Positions 44,495-55,245 of a stretch of 62,123 nucleotides of DNA are shown here, one piece after another. Positions within the stretch are counted from its first letter, which is position 1. Each line of letters opens with the position of its first letter. The position numbers were made by a program, and so were the translations under genes. The notes beneath the pieces are model-generated. The model searched no databases, had not been told where the DNA came from, and saw only the letters and a list, made by a program, of their open reading frames with translations. Source of the DNA: Escherichia coli (GTDB lineage: Bacteria > Pseudomonadota > Gammaproteobacteria > Enterobacterales > Enterobacteriaceae); NCBI RefSeq assembly GCF_003334815.1, contig NZ_QOWO01000026.1; one strand, given 5' to 3'.

Positions 44495-46120
44495 ATGAAT
44501 ATTTTCACAGAGGCTGCAAAACTCGAAGAGCAAAATTGTCCGTTTGCTATGGCGCAAATTGTTGATAGCCGAGGCTCGACTCCCCGCCATTCTGCACAAA
44601 TGTTAGTGCGCGCCGATGGTTCTATCGTCGGTACAATTGGTGGCGGAATGGTTGAGCGGAAGGTGATTGAAGAGTCGCTTCAGGCATTGCAGGAACGTAA
44701 GCCGCGATTATTCCATGGACGTATGGCTCGTAACGGTGCGGATGCTGTCGGGTCAGATTGTGGAGGTGCAATGTCAGTATTTATCAGCGCCCATGGTATG
44801 CGTCCACGTCTGGTGTTGATTGGCGCGGGGCATGTCAACCGGGCGATAGCCCAGAGTGCGGCGCTATTAGGATTTGATATTGCCGTTGCTGATATTTATC
44901 GCGAAAGCCTCAATCCTGAACTATTCCCACCATCAACCACGCTTCTCCATGCTGAGTCGTTTGGTGCGGCAGTGGAAGCACTGGATATTCGCCCTGATAA
45001 TTTTGTCCTGATTGCCACGAATAATCAGGATCGTGAAGCCCTCGACAAACTCATTGAACAGCCCATTGCATGGTTGGGGTTGCTGGCAAGTCGTCGCAAG
45101 GTTCAGCTTTTCCTGCGTCAATTGCGTGAGAAAGGCGTGGCTGAAGAACATATTGCCCGTTTACATGCGCCCGTTGGTTACAACATAGGTGCGGAAACGC
45201 CGCAGGAGATCGCCATCAGCGTGCTGGCAGAAATATTACAGGTGAAAAATAACGCGCCGGGTGGGCTGATGATGAAACCTTCTCATCCTTCCGGACACCA
45301 GCTGGTGGTGATTCGCGGTGCGGGAGATATCGCCAGTGGTGTGGCGCTACGTCTGTATCATGCGGGTTTTAAAGTGATCATGCTGGAAGTGGAAAAACCG
45401 ACAGTGATTCGTTGTACCGTGGCGTTTGCCCAGGCCGTGTTCGATGGCGAAATGACGGTCGAAGGCGTCACTGCTCGCCTGGCAACCAGCTCTGCGGAAG
45501 CGATGAAACTTACCGAACGCGGATTCATTCCTGTGATGGTAGATCCCGCCTGTTCATTGCTTGATGAACTGAAACCGCTTTGCGTGGTGGACGCTATTCT
45601 GGCGAAACAGAATTTGGGAACGCGGGCAGATATGGCACCAGTAACAATCGCGCTTGGGCCGGGCTTTACTGCTGGGAAGGATTGTCATGCGGTAATTGAA
45701 ACAAATCGCGGGCACTGGCTCGGTCAGGTGATTTACTCTGGTTGTGCGCAGGAGAATACCGGTGTTCCTGGCAATATTATGGGGCATACCACCCGACGGG
45801 TGATCCGTGCTCCTGCTGCAGGCATTATGCGATCCAACGTGAAATTAGGCGATCTGGTGAAAGAGGGCGATGTGATTGCCTGGATTGGTGAGCATGAAAT
45901 TAAAGCACCGTTGACGGGGATGGTGCGTGGCTTGTTGAACGACGGCCTGGCAGTGGTTGGTGGTTTTAAAATTGGTGATATCGATCCTCGTGGTGAAACC
46001 GCTGATTTCACCAGCGTTTCTGATAAAGCCCGGGCGATTGGCGGCGGCGTACTTGAGGCGTTAATGATGTTGATGCATCAGGGCGTGAAAGCGACAAAAG
46101 AAGTGCTGGAAGTGGCTTAA
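44495..46120 (+). CDS. yqeB: XdhC/CoxI-family molybdenum hydroxylase accessory protein
   Basis: 541-aa ORF; Rossmann-like GAGHVNRAIA and GAGDIASGVA. Confidence 0.92.
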   Translation: MNIFTEAAKLEEQNCPFAMAQIVDSRGSTPRHSAQMLVRADGSIVGTIGGGMVERKVIEESLQALQERKPRLFHGRMARNGADAVGSDCGGAMSVFISAHGMRPRLVLIGAGHVNRAIAQSAALLGFDIAVADIYRESLNPELFPPSTTLLHAESFGAAVEALDIRPDNFVLIATNNQDREALDKLIEQPIAWLGLLASRRKVQLFLRQLREKGVAEEHIARLHAPVGYNIGAETPQEIAISVLAEILQVKNNAPGGLMMKPSHPSGHQLVVIRGAGDIASGVALRLYHAGFKVIMLEVEKPTVIRCTVAFAQAVFDGEMTVEGVTARLATSSAEAMKLTERGFIPVMVDPACSLLDELKPLCVVDAILAKQNLGTRADMAPVTIALGPGFTAGKDCHAVIETNRGHWLGQVIYSGCAQENTGVPGNIMGHTTRRVIRAPAAGIMRSNVKLGDLVKEGDVIAWIGEHEIKAPLTGMVRGLLNDGLAVVGGFKIGDIDPRGETADFTSVSDKARAIGGGVLEALMMLMHQGVKATKEVLEVA

Positions 46121-46127
46121 ATGAAAA

Positions 46128-46334
46128 TGGCCGGATGGTATTACCCACCCGGCCTGAGACTGATGACAAACGCCAAATTGCCTGATGCGCTACGCTTATC
46201 AGGCCTACAAGTGCATTGCAATCTATTGAATTTGCGATGTTTTGTAGGACGGATAAGGCGCTCGCGCCGCATCCGGCATCAACAAAGCGCACTTACTTGA
46301 CAATCTTTGGCCGGATGGTATTACCCACCCGGCC
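46128..46334. repeat. REP/BIME cluster bracketed by a 27-bp direct repeat
   Basis: tggccggatggtattacccacccggcc at 46128-46154 and again at 46308-46334; REP units gcctgatgcgctacgcttatcaggcctac and gtaggacggataaggcgctcgcgccgcatccggca in between. Confidence 0.75.
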
Positions 46335-46340
46335 TTTAAA

Positions 46341-47273
46341 TTACTGACAAATCACCGTTCCTGTTTTGCCTTCAATCCCTTCTTTCGCTTTGCTCAATAC
46401 GGTAATCAGTGCTTCACGACCTGCGCGAGAGCGAGCAAACGAGGCGGCAGCTTCCACTTTAGGCAGCATAGAACCTTTCGCAAAATGACCTTCTTCGATA
46501 AAGCGTTCAGCATCACTTAATGACAGGCGATCGAGCCACTGTTCATTCTCTTTACCGAAGTTAATGGCCACTTTTTCTACCGCAGTCAGAATGATCAGCA
46601 TATCGGCATCAATCATTTCTGCTAAACGGGCGCTGGCCCAGTCTTTATCGATAACCGCGCTGGCACCACGCAGATGGTTACCTTCACGAATAACAGGGAT
46701 ACCACCACCGCCAACGGTGATCACCACCTGACCTGCATCTACCAGAGCTTTAACCGTTTCTTTTTCAATGATATCAACCGGTTTTGGCGAGGCAACAACA
46801 CGGCGATAGCCGCGACCAGCATCTTCTTTCAGAGTGTAACCCTGTTTTGTCAGTTGCTCTGCTTCTTGCTCGGTAAAGAACGAACCGATCGGCTTGGTCG
46901 GGTTGAGGAATGCCGGATCGTTAGCGTCGACTTCGACCTGAGTAACCAGCGTTGCTACAGGTTTATTAATGCCCCGAGAAAGCAGTTCTTCTCTTAAAGC
47001 GTTTTGTAGATCGTAACCAATATAACCCTGGCTTAATGCAACACAGACAGACATCGGCAGCATTGGCGAGTGCGCTTCAGTTTTTGCGGCAGCTTCAAAG
47101 GCCTGGTTAATCATGCCCACCTGCGGCCCGTTACCATGAGTGACGATAACTTCATGTCCCTGGGCAATTAAATCAACAATTGCCTGAGAAGTAATTTTTA
47201 CCGCTTTCATTTGCCCGGCCAGGTCATCGCCCAGCGCATTCCCGCCCAGGGCGAGAACAATTTTCTTACTCAT
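46341..47273 (-). CDS. yqeA: Carbamate kinase-like protein
   Basis: 310-aa ORF MSKKIVLALGGNALG... amino acid kinase family. Confidence 0.93.
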   Translation of the reverse strand: MSKKIVLALGGNALGDDLAGQMKAVKITSQAIVDLIAQGHEVIVTHGNGPQVGMINQAFEAAAKTEAHSPMLPMSVCVALSQGYIGYDLQNALREELLSRGINKPVATLVTQVEVDANDPAFLNPTKPIGSFFTEQEAEQLTKQGYTLKEDAGRGYRRVVASPKPVDIIEKETVKALVDAGQVVITVGGGGIPVIREGNHLRGASAVIDKDWASARLAEMIDADMLIILTAVEKVAINFGKENEQWLDRLSLSDAERFIEEGHFAKGSMLPKVEAAASFARSRAGREALITVLSKAKEGIEGKTGTVICQ

Positions 47274-47320
47274 TTTTCCTCACTCATCATTCTTGATTGT
47301 GTATAGATCCCTGGCAGTGG

Positions 47321-48706
47321 TTAGAGCACGGGAGGGACAAACGGTTTGCGTCGCAGGAAACGACCTCGCCCGGCTTTGCCTGTAAAGGTGCCGTCACAGA
47401 AAATCGTTTCACCACGGGATAAGGTTCTGACAATCGCGCCCTGACAGGTAAAACCCTCCCATGGCGAGTAGTCGGCGTTGTCGTGGAGATGGCGATGCTG
47501 AATTTGTTGGCTCTGACGTGGGTCGATAATCACCACGTCGCCGTCGGAACCGGGCGCTAATAATCCTTTTTGCGGCCACAGGCCAAACAACCTGGCGGGC
47601 ATTGCGCTGGTTAATTCAACAAAGCGTTCCGGTGTTATACGTCCCGTCATCACGCCACTGGAAAACAGTAACTGCATGCGGTTTTCCACACCGGGTAAGC
47701 CATTTGGGCAGCGACTGAAATCGCCTTTAGAAATTTGCAGGCGTTGAGCCATCGAGAAGGTGCAGTGATCGGTTGCCACCACGTCAATCGCACCATCGCT
47801 GATGCCACACCACAGTTTGTCCTGCTCGCGTACGTTACGCAGCGGTGGGCTAAGAATGAACTTCATGCCATCTTCTGTATCGTAACTGCGTTCGTCCAAC
47901 AGGAGATATTGTGGGCAGGTTTCAACCCAGACTGGCTGGTGATTCGCACGGGCAAGACGCAGATAATCCAGACCTAAGCCGTTAGACAGGTGCACGATAT
48001 AGAGCGGGGCGTTACCGGCAATTTGTGCCAGGTTAATCATGCGGGCGATGGCTTCCGCTTCGCATTCCAGAGGGCGACTCAAGGCATGATAGCGCGGCGC
48101 GGTTAACCCTGCGGCGATAAATTCCGCCCGCTTGCTGGCGATAGCCGCATCATTTTCCGGGTGCACGGTGGTCAGCGCGCCGGATTCATGCAAGCGGCGT
48201 AATGCCTGCAAAACCTCGTCATCGTTGAGTTTGTATTGATAGGTTAAATAGAGTTTAAAACTGCTCAGTCCTTCCTCGACCATCATCGGGATTTCGTCGA
48301 GGATTGCGTGATTAATGTGCTGGATCACACCGTGAAAGCTGTAATCGATGACCGCTTTATGGGCGGCATAACCACGATAAACCTCCAGTTGATGGCGTAA
48401 CCGACAGCCGTTTGGGCCAAATCCCATATGGTCAATAATGGTTGTTGTACCGCCACACGCAGCTGCGCGGGTACCGGTAAAAAAATCATCACAACTGCGC
48501 GCGATGCCGACATCAATATTGAAATGCGTATGGACATCCACGCCGCCAGGGAAAACGTAACAGCCAGTGGCATCAATTTCTTCATACGGGAGCTGCGGCG
48601 AAATATTGTTGCCCAACTGGCGAACAATCCCGCTTTCAATCAGCAAATCCTGTTTGGCTTGTCCATCTGCGTTAACGACAGTGCCGTTTTTGATCAATAC
48701 GCGCAT
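47321..48706 (-). CDS. hyuA: D-phenylhydantoinase / dihydropyrimidinase-like cyclic amidohydrolase
   Basis: The start I recall is MRVLIKNGTVVNADG giving 461 aa; HxH metal motif (DVHTHF). Confidence 0.92.
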   Translation of the reverse strand: MRVLIKNGTVVNADGQAKQDLLIESGIVRQLGNNISPQLPYEEIDATGCYVFPGGVDVHTHFNIDVGIARSCDDFFTGTRAAACGGTTTIIDHMGFGPNGCRLRHQLEVYRGYAAHKAVIDYSFHGVIQHINHAILDEIPMMVEEGLSSFKLYLTYQYKLNDDEVLQALRRLHESGALTTVHPENDAAIASKRAEFIAAGLTAPRYHALSRPLECEAEAIARMINLAQIAGNAPLYIVHLSNGLGLDYLRLARANHQPVWVETCPQYLLLDERSYDTEDGMKFILSPPLRNVREQDKLWCGISDGAIDVVATDHCTFSMAQRLQISKGDFSRCPNGLPGVENRMQLLFSSGVMTGRITPERFVELTSAMPARLFGLWPQKGLLAPGSDGDVVIIDPRQSQQIQHRHLHDNADYSPWEGFTCQGAIVRTLSRGETIFCDGTFTGKAGRGRFLRRKPFVPPVL

Positions 48707-48758
48707 AGCAAACTCCAAAAACCCTCCGGCGAACCGGAGGGGAATAAGTGAAGAGTAA

Positions 48759-49970
48759 TTACTCTGTTGCCAGCCAGCTTAACGGGATTGCAGCGTACAT
48801 CGCGGCACAGGTCACCAGGTGAGATTTCCAGGTTTTTTCGTTAGGTGCATGCGCTTCAGGTTCTTTACCCGGGCCAAAGCCGATCACCGGAATGCCGTGA
48901 CGGCCCATGATAGATACGCCGTTAGTTGAGAAGGTCCACTTATCAACAACCGGCGCTTTGCCAAACAGCCCTTCGTAGGCATTCACCAGTGCTTTAACGG
49001 TGAAGTGATCTTCTTCCACTTTCCAGGTCGGGAAGTAGCATTCGGTTGGGTAAACCAGGCCAGTCCAGGACGGACGGTCGTAGTTGTACATAGAAACAAC
49101 CGCGTTAGCTTTCTGTACTGCAGGCAGGGCGCGGATTTCGTCCAGCGCGCCTTCCCAGGTTTCGCCCCAGGTCAGACGACGGTCGATTGAAACTGCGCAG
49201 CTGTCTGCTACAGCGCAACGGCTTGGGGATGTGAAGAAGATTTCAGAAACGGTGAGGGTGCCTTTGCCGAGGAATTCGTCATAACCCAGACGTTGGGAGA
49301 GTTCTTGTAATTCGCCAAGAATCGGACCCATTTTGAAAATGGCGTTATCACCGCGTTCTGGTGCAGAACCGTGGCAGCTAACACCCTGAACATCAATACG
49401 AATTTCCATACGACCGCGCTGACCACGGTATACCTGGCAGTCGGTTGGTTCGGTACTGACCACAAATTCCGGGCGAATGCCGGATTGTTCAATAATGTAC
49501 TGCCAGCACAGACCGTCGCAGTCTTCTTCCTGCACCGTACCGGTAACCAGCAGGGTATATTCATCTTCCAGACCGAGGTCTTTAATGATTTTACCGGCAT
49601 AAACCATAGAGGCCATGCCACCTTCCTGGTCGGAAGTACCGCGACCACCAATCAGTTCATCAGTTTCCATGCCTTCGTACGGATCGAAGTCCCAGTTTTT
49701 GATGTTGCCAATGCCGACGGTATCGATATGAGCGTCCATTGCCACCAGACGCGGGCCGTGGCCGATATAACCGAGAACGTTGCCCATCGGGTCGATTTCA
49801 ACTTTATCGAAGCCGACTTTTTCCATCTCTTCTTTAATACGATGTACTACGCGTTTCTCGTCGCAGCTTTCACTGGGAATAGCAACCATGTCGCGCAGGA
49901 AGCGAGTCATATCCGCCTGGTAATCTTTTGCTTTTTCAAGAATCAGTTTGAATGGAATATTCTTAGCCAT
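48759..49970 (-). CDS. ygeY: M20-family peptidase / amidohydrolase
   Basis: 403-aa [38 protein letters not shown]... (ArgE/DapE-like). Confidence 0.93.
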
Positions 49971-50027
49971 TATTTTTCTCCAGATTTTTTACTCCCCGTT
50001 TTGCAGGGAGCAGTTCCAATAGGGTGA

Positions 50028-51224
50028 TTAAGGTGCTACAGCGTGTTTGCCTTCCCAGACAACTTCGCGGTAGTGCTTCACGTCGGTGTCGCCTTCAGTG
50101 CTGATAACCAGCACCACGGCATCTTTGTTCAGCGCCAGTTTTTCCATCAGGCTTTGACGTTGCGGGTGATAATGAACCGCTGCGAGAACGCCCAAACCGA
50201 CAGCGCCGGATTCACCGGAGATGATGCGCGGGTCGTTGCCGTACGGATTACCCAGCACGCGCATACCTAATGCGGCAACGCTGTCCTGGCAGGAGATGAA
50301 TTGGGTGGCGCAGTTACGTAGGATTTCCCAGCCCAGCGGGTTAGGTTCGCCACAGGCCAGGCCTGCCATGATGGTGGCCATATCACCGCCAACGTTGACG
50401 ATGTCGCCTTTGACGCCGGAGCGATAAATACAGTCAGCTTTGTCAGGTTCAACAATAATGCTGTGCAGATTTTGCGGGCTATAGACGTCGACCAGATAAC
50501 CCAGCACACCACCGGCCATTGCTCCGACACCGGCTTGCAGCAGAACGTGCGTCGGGGTTACGCCCATTTCACGCATTTGCTCGACGGCTTCATCTGCCAG
50601 GGTTGCGTAGCCTTGCATGATCCAGGTTGGGATTTTGGTGTAACCTTCCCATGCCGTGTCCTGTACCACTTCCCAGCCGTGCTGCTGCGCGTGTTGCATG
50701 GTCAGGCGAACGGTATCGTCATAGTTCATATCCGTGACGATGCACTCGGCACCGAGGTTCAGAATGGCGTCAACGCGTTCCTGAGCAGAACCTTTCGGCA
50801 TGTAAATCACCGCATTCTGTCCGAGTTGCTGTGCTGCCCACGCCACACCGCGCCCGTGGTTGCCGTCGGTGGTGGTCGCGAAAGTCATTTTTTCGCCGAT
50901 GGCATTTTTCAGGTGCTCAAATGACAGCGTTTCGATATCAAGATGATATTTTTCACACAATAATTGAGCGATGGCGTACGCACCGCCAAGCATTTTGAAG
51001 GCGTTCAGACCGAATCGTTTTGATTCGTCTTTGACGAGAATTTTCTTCACACCAAAAAGGTTTGCGAGATCGTCCAGCGCACAAAGCGGTGTTGGGCGAT
51101 AACCAGCTATTTTCTGGTGGAACTGGCGCGCCAGTTTGGCCTGGCTTTGCGAAAAGAGCGGTGATGTTTCGCCGTTGAAAAATTTGTTATCGGCGATATC
51201 AATCTTCAATGAGAAAACGGACAT
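50028..51224 (-). CDS. ygeX: Diaminopropionate ammonia-lyase (PLP-dependent)
   Basis: 398-aa ORF; PLP fold-type II. Confidence 0.93.
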   Translation of the reverse strand: MSVFSLKIDIADNKFFNGETSPLFSQSQAKLARQFHQKIAGYRPTPLCALDDLANLFGVKKILVKDESKRFGLNAFKMLGGAYAIAQLLCEKYHLDIETLSFEHLKNAIGEKMTFATTTDGNHGRGVAWAAQQLGQNAVIYMPKGSAQERVDAILNLGAECIVTDMNYDDTVRLTMQHAQQHGWEVVQDTAWEGYTKIPTWIMQGYATLADEAVEQMREMGVTPTHVLLQAGVGAMAGGVLGYLVDVYSPQNLHSIIVEPDKADCIYRSGVKGDIVNVGGDMATIMAGLACGEPNPLGWEILRNCATQFISCQDSVAALGMRVLGNPYGNDPRIISGESGAVGLGVLAAVHYHPQRQSLMEKLALNKDAVVLVISTEGDTDVKHYREVVWEGKHAVAP

Positions 51225-51281
51225 ATCCTATCCTTTTGGCCTCTGGAAATAGAGGGCCGACCAGCTGATCGGCCCGAGGGG

Positions 51282-52472
51282 TTATTTCACGCGTTCTTGC
51301 GCTTCTTTCAGCAGTTGCTCGAGCAGTGCACCTGGTTTGGCGTATTTACGGGACAGGATCATCGCGGCGATGATATAAGGCTTCCAGCTGGCTTCTTTGT
51401 AGGTAGCGATACGGTATTTTTCGAATACGCCTTCAGTCACTTCACCTTCTTTACAGGATACGCCGCTGATATCAGCTGGCAGGCAGTGCATGTACAGGGC
51501 TTCGCCATCACGGGTCAGTTCCATCATCTCTTCAGTACAATGCCAGTCTTTGTGTTGCGCGTTCTGTGCCAGACACTGTTTTTCCAGTGCTTTTAAGCCT
51601 TCGTGATCGTTCGCACGCAGCAATTCAGTACGCTCTTCCATCACTTTGTAAGGTGCCCATGACTTCGGATAAACGATGTCTGCGTCTTTGAAGGCTTCTT
51701 CCATGCTGGTGACCTGACGGAAGCTACCACCGGAGGCTTTAGCATTGTTTTTCGCCACTTCAACCACATCCGGGATCAGGTCGTAGCCTTCCGGATGGGC
51801 CAGGGTGACATCCATACCGAAGCGAGTCATCAGACCGATGATGCCTTGTGGTACAGAGAGCGGTTTGCCATAGCTTGGAGAGTAGGCCCAGGTCATGGCG
51901 ATTTTTTTACCTTTCAGGTTTTCCAGTGAACCAAAGTGTTCACGTAACCACGCGAGGTCAGCCATTGACTGAGTCGGGTGGTCAATATCGCATTGCAGGT
52001 TCACTAAAGCCGGACGCTGTGGCAGTACACCCTGCTTGTAACCGTCATCAAGTGCAGCGCCAACTTCACGCATATAGGCGTTGCCTGCGCCCAGATACAT
52101 ATCGTCGCGAATACCAATAGCGTCGGCGCAGAAGGAGATCATATTGGCGGTTTCACGCACGGTTTCGCCGTGAGCGATTTGTGATTTGCCTTCGTCGAGA
52201 TCTTGTTGTGCAAGGCCGAGCAGGTTAAGCGCGGAAGCATAAGAGAAGCGGGTACGGGTGGAGTTGTCGCGGAATACGGAAATACCTAATCCACTATTAA
52301 AGACTTTGGTTGAGATGTTTTCAGCACGCAGTGCTTTTAATGCTGCGGCAACGTCCAGTACTTGTTTCAGTTCATCTGGCGTCTGTTCCCACGTTAACAA
52401 AAAATCTTTCTCGTGAAGGTGAGAGGTCAGCGAATTGATATCCTTAATCAGCTCATTAACAGTTTTCATCAT
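51282..52472 (-). CDS. ygeW: Ornithine/aspartate carbamoyltransferase-family protein
   Basis: 396-aa ORF; carbamoyl-phosphate binding STRTR motif. Confidence 0.93.
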   Translation of the reverse strand: MMKTVNELIKDINSLTSHLHEKDFLLTWEQTPDELKQVLDVAAALKALRAENISTKVFNSGLGISVFRDNSTRTRFSYASALNLLGLAQQDLDEGKSQIAHGETVRETANMISFCADAIGIRDDMYLGAGNAYMREVGAALDDGYKQGVLPQRPALVNLQCDIDHPTQSMADLAWLREHFGSLENLKGKKIAMTWAYSPSYGKPLSVPQGIIGLMTRFGMDVTLAHPEGYDLIPDVVEVAKNNAKASGGSFRQVTSMEEAFKDADIVYPKSWAPYKVMEERTELLRANDHEGLKALEKQCLAQNAQHKDWHCTEEMMELTRDGEALYMHCLPADISGVSCKEGEVTEGVFEKYRIATYKEASWKPYIIAAMILSRKYAKPGALLEQLLKEAQERVK

Positions 52473-52947
52473 AAAGTCCCGGTAGTGGAATGACAGGCAA
52501 AGTGGTTTATTTCACTGTGACTTGCCAAAGTGATTGGTGTTTTCACAGCTATACCTGGGACTAACAATAAGTGTGCCAGAATTATCCGCGCGGCTGCAAA
52601 AGACTAATTTGACGGATAATGTGTGGGGTTGATCACAAATTGATGCCAGCTTCTGGTTGTTTGTAAAATACGAAAACGTTTGGCTTTTTTTATCGCGTTA
52701 TTTATTTGCTGCTAAGTATCAGAAATAAGATAAAGGGGCAGGCTATCTCTCTTCAGTTTGATAAACTCACCGCCGTAATTCTCATATTGATATAGAAATG
52801 TGATATCTCTTCCATAATTTCATTAGAAAATGATAAAAATCTTATGTTTTTATCAAAGCCAATTTCGCCTGAGTTAATATCATCATGATCTGTGAACCAT
52901 CAACGTCTTCAATGATCGACTTTTAAGTAAGTCTGGAAGGTAAAGCT

Positions 52948-54726
52948 ATGGAGCTTGCTACTACGCAGTCAGTATTGATGCAAATTCAACCGACAATTCA
53001 GCGTTTTGCCAGAATGCTTGCCAGCGTTTTGCAGCTTGAGGTTGAGATCGTTGATGAAAACTTGTGTCGCGTTGCCGGAACGGGCGCGTATGGGAAGTTT
53101 CTTGGTCGCCAGTTGAGCGGCAACTCACGCCTGCTCCGCCACGTCCTGGAAACGAAAACTGAAAAAGTTGTGACACAGTCTCGCTTCGATCCCCTTTGCG
53201 AAGGTTGCGATAGTAAAGAAAATTGCCGCGAAAAAGCATTTCTGGGTACGCCTGTCATTTTACAGGATCGTTGTGTTGGGGTGATAAGTTTGATTGCCGT
53301 TACCCACGAGCAACAAGAGCATATCAGTGATAATTTACGCGAATTTTCTGATTATGTTCGCCATATATCCACCATTTTTGTTTCGAAACTTCTGGAGGAT
53401 CAGGGGCCAGGAGATAACATCAGTAAAATATTTGCGACCATGATCGATAATATGGATCAGGGCGTATTAGTTGTAGATGATGAAAATCGGGTTCAGTTTG
53501 TTAATCAGACTGCCTTAAAAACACTTGGTGTTGTGCAAAATAATATTATTGGGAAACCTATCCGTTTCAGACCATTAACATTTGAGAGTAATTTTACCCA
53601 TGGACATATGCAGCATATTGTTTCATGGGACGATAAAAGTGAATTAATCATTGGTCAATTGCATAACATTCAGGGCCGACAATTATTTTTAATGGCGTTT
53701 CACCAATCGCATACCAGTTTTTCTGTAGCAAATGCACCTGATGAACCGCATATTGAACAATTGGTTGGCGAGTGCCGTGTTATGCGGCAATTAAAACGAC
53801 TCATTAGCCGTATTGCACCCAGCCCATCCAGCGTTATGGTGGTTGGTGAAAGCGGCACGGGTAAAGAAGTCGTCGCCCGTGCAATCCATAAGTTGAGCGG
53901 AAGACGGAATAAACCCTTTATTGCTATCAACTGTGCCGCGATTCCGGAGCAGCTTCTGGAGAGCGAACTGTTCGGTTATGTTAAAGGTGCATTTACTGGC
54001 GCTTCTGCCAACGGTAAAACAGGGTTGATTCAGGCGGCGAATACGGGCACGCTGTTTCTCGATGAAATAGGTGATATGCCATTAATGTTGCAGGCTAAAT
54101 TACTGCGCGCTATTGAGGCACGTGAAATTCTGCCGATTGGTGCCAGTAGCCCAATACAAGTCGACATTCGCATCATTTCTGCAACTAATCAGAATTTGGC
54201 CCAGTTCATTGCCGAAGGTAAATTCCGCGAAGATCTCTTCTACCGACTTAATGTTATCCCGATAACTCTGCCACCGCTGCGTGAACGTCAGGAAGATATT
54301 GAACTATTGGTGCATTACTTTTTACATCTGCATACCCGTCGTCTGGGATCGGTTTATCCTGGCATTGCTCCCGATGTCGTCGAAATATTGCGTAAGCATC
54401 GTTGGCCCGGAAACCTGCGCGAGTTAAGCAATTTGATGGAATATCTGGTTAACGTGGTTCCTTCAGGTGAAGTTATCGACAGCACGCTATTGCCGCCAAA
54501 TCTGCTGAATAATGGCACAACGGAGCAAAGTGATGTAACAGAGGTCAGTGAGGCGCACCTGTCACTCGATGATGCGGGCGGCACGGCGCTGGAGGAGATG
54601 GAAAAGCAAATGATCCGCGAGGCGCTTTCACGTCATAACAGCAAGAAGCAAGTTGCTGATGAACTGGGCATCGGCATTGCTACGCTCTATCGCAAGATTA
54701 AGAAATATGAGTTGTTAAACACATAA
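52948..54726 (+). CDS. ygeV: Sigma-54-dependent transcriptional regulator
   Basis: 592-aa ORF; N-terminal sensor region, AAA+ sigma-54 interaction domain (GESGTGKE, GAFTGA, ESELFGY), C-terminal helix-turn-helix. Confidence 0.93.
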   Translation: MELATTQSVLMQIQPTIQRFARMLASVLQLEVEIVDENLCRVAGTGAYGKFLGRQLSGNSRLLRHVLETKTEKVVTQSRFDPLCEGCDSKENCREKAFLGTPVILQDRCVGVISLIAVTHEQQEHISDNLREFSDYVRHISTIFVSKLLEDQGPGDNISKIFATMIDNMDQGVLVVDDENRVQFVNQTALKTLGVVQNNIIGKPIRFRPLTFESNFTHGHMQHIVSWDDKSELIIGQLHNIQGRQLFLMAFHQSHTSFSVANAPDEPHIEQLVGECRVMRQLKRLISRIAPSPSSVMVVGESGTGKEVVARAIHKLSGRRNKPFIAINCAAIPEQLLESELFGYVKGAFTGASANGKTGLIQAANTGTLFLDEIGDMPLMLQAKLLRAIEAREILPIGASSPIQVDIRIISATNQNLAQFIAEGKFREDLFYRLNVIPITLPPLRERQEDIELLVHYFLHLHTRRLGSVYPGIAPDVVEILRKHRWPGNLRELSNLMEYLVNVVPSGEVIDSTLLPPNLLNNGTTEQSDVTEVSEAHLSLDDAGGTALEEMEKQMIREALSRHNSKKQVADELGIGIATLYRKIKKYELLNT

Positions 54727-54735
54727 CCTCAGTGA

Positions 54736-54766
54736 ATCCGGCCTGAATTCAGGCCGGATATCCTTT
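54736..54766. terminator. Perfect palindromic hairpin between convergent ygeV and xdhC
   Basis: atccggcctg-aatt-caggccggat (10-bp perfect stem) followed by atcctttta. Confidence 0.6.
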
Positions 54767-55245
54767 TACTTCGTTTTCTCGCAATCCAGAACTGTATTTA
54801 CAATCATCTGATACCCCGTGCAGCGACAAAGATTTCCCGCCAGTCCGCGACGAATTTCCGTAATGGTTAATGGCTTCTCGCGTGGTTTCGCCAGCATTGC
54901 CGTGGTAGCCATAATCAGGCCAGGCGTACAAAACCCGCACTGCACTGCGCCGGATTTCGCATAAGCCTGCTGAACATGAGAAAGTTTTCCGCCTTTCGCT
55001 TCACCTTCCAGCGTGCGGATCTCTTTTCCTTCAGCCCAGGCGGCAAGGTATAAGCAACTGTCTATTGCTGTGCCGTCGACCAACACCGTACAGGCACCAC
55101 ATTCACCCACGCAGCACCCTTGTTTGACACTTAGCAGTCCTTGTTCGCGGAGTAATTCCGAGAGCGGCGTGCCTGGTGCGGCGTGAAGCTGAAAAGGCAT
55201 CCCGTTAATGGTGCATTCGATGGTAATTGTTTCGCTGTGATTCAT
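54766..55245 (-). CDS. xdhC: Xanthine dehydrogenase Fe-S subunit ([2Fe-2S])
   Basis: 159-aa ORF with plant-type and second [2Fe-2S] Cys motifs ([11 protein letters not shown]; CGFCTPG). Confidence 0.93.

Noticed and set aside
52564-52579. Sigma-54-like site upstream of ygeW (TGGCACACTTATTGTT on the minus strand)
   Set aside because: The -24 element is good but the critical -12 GC is GT; kept only as a weak note inside the ygfK promoter finding, not as a feature.
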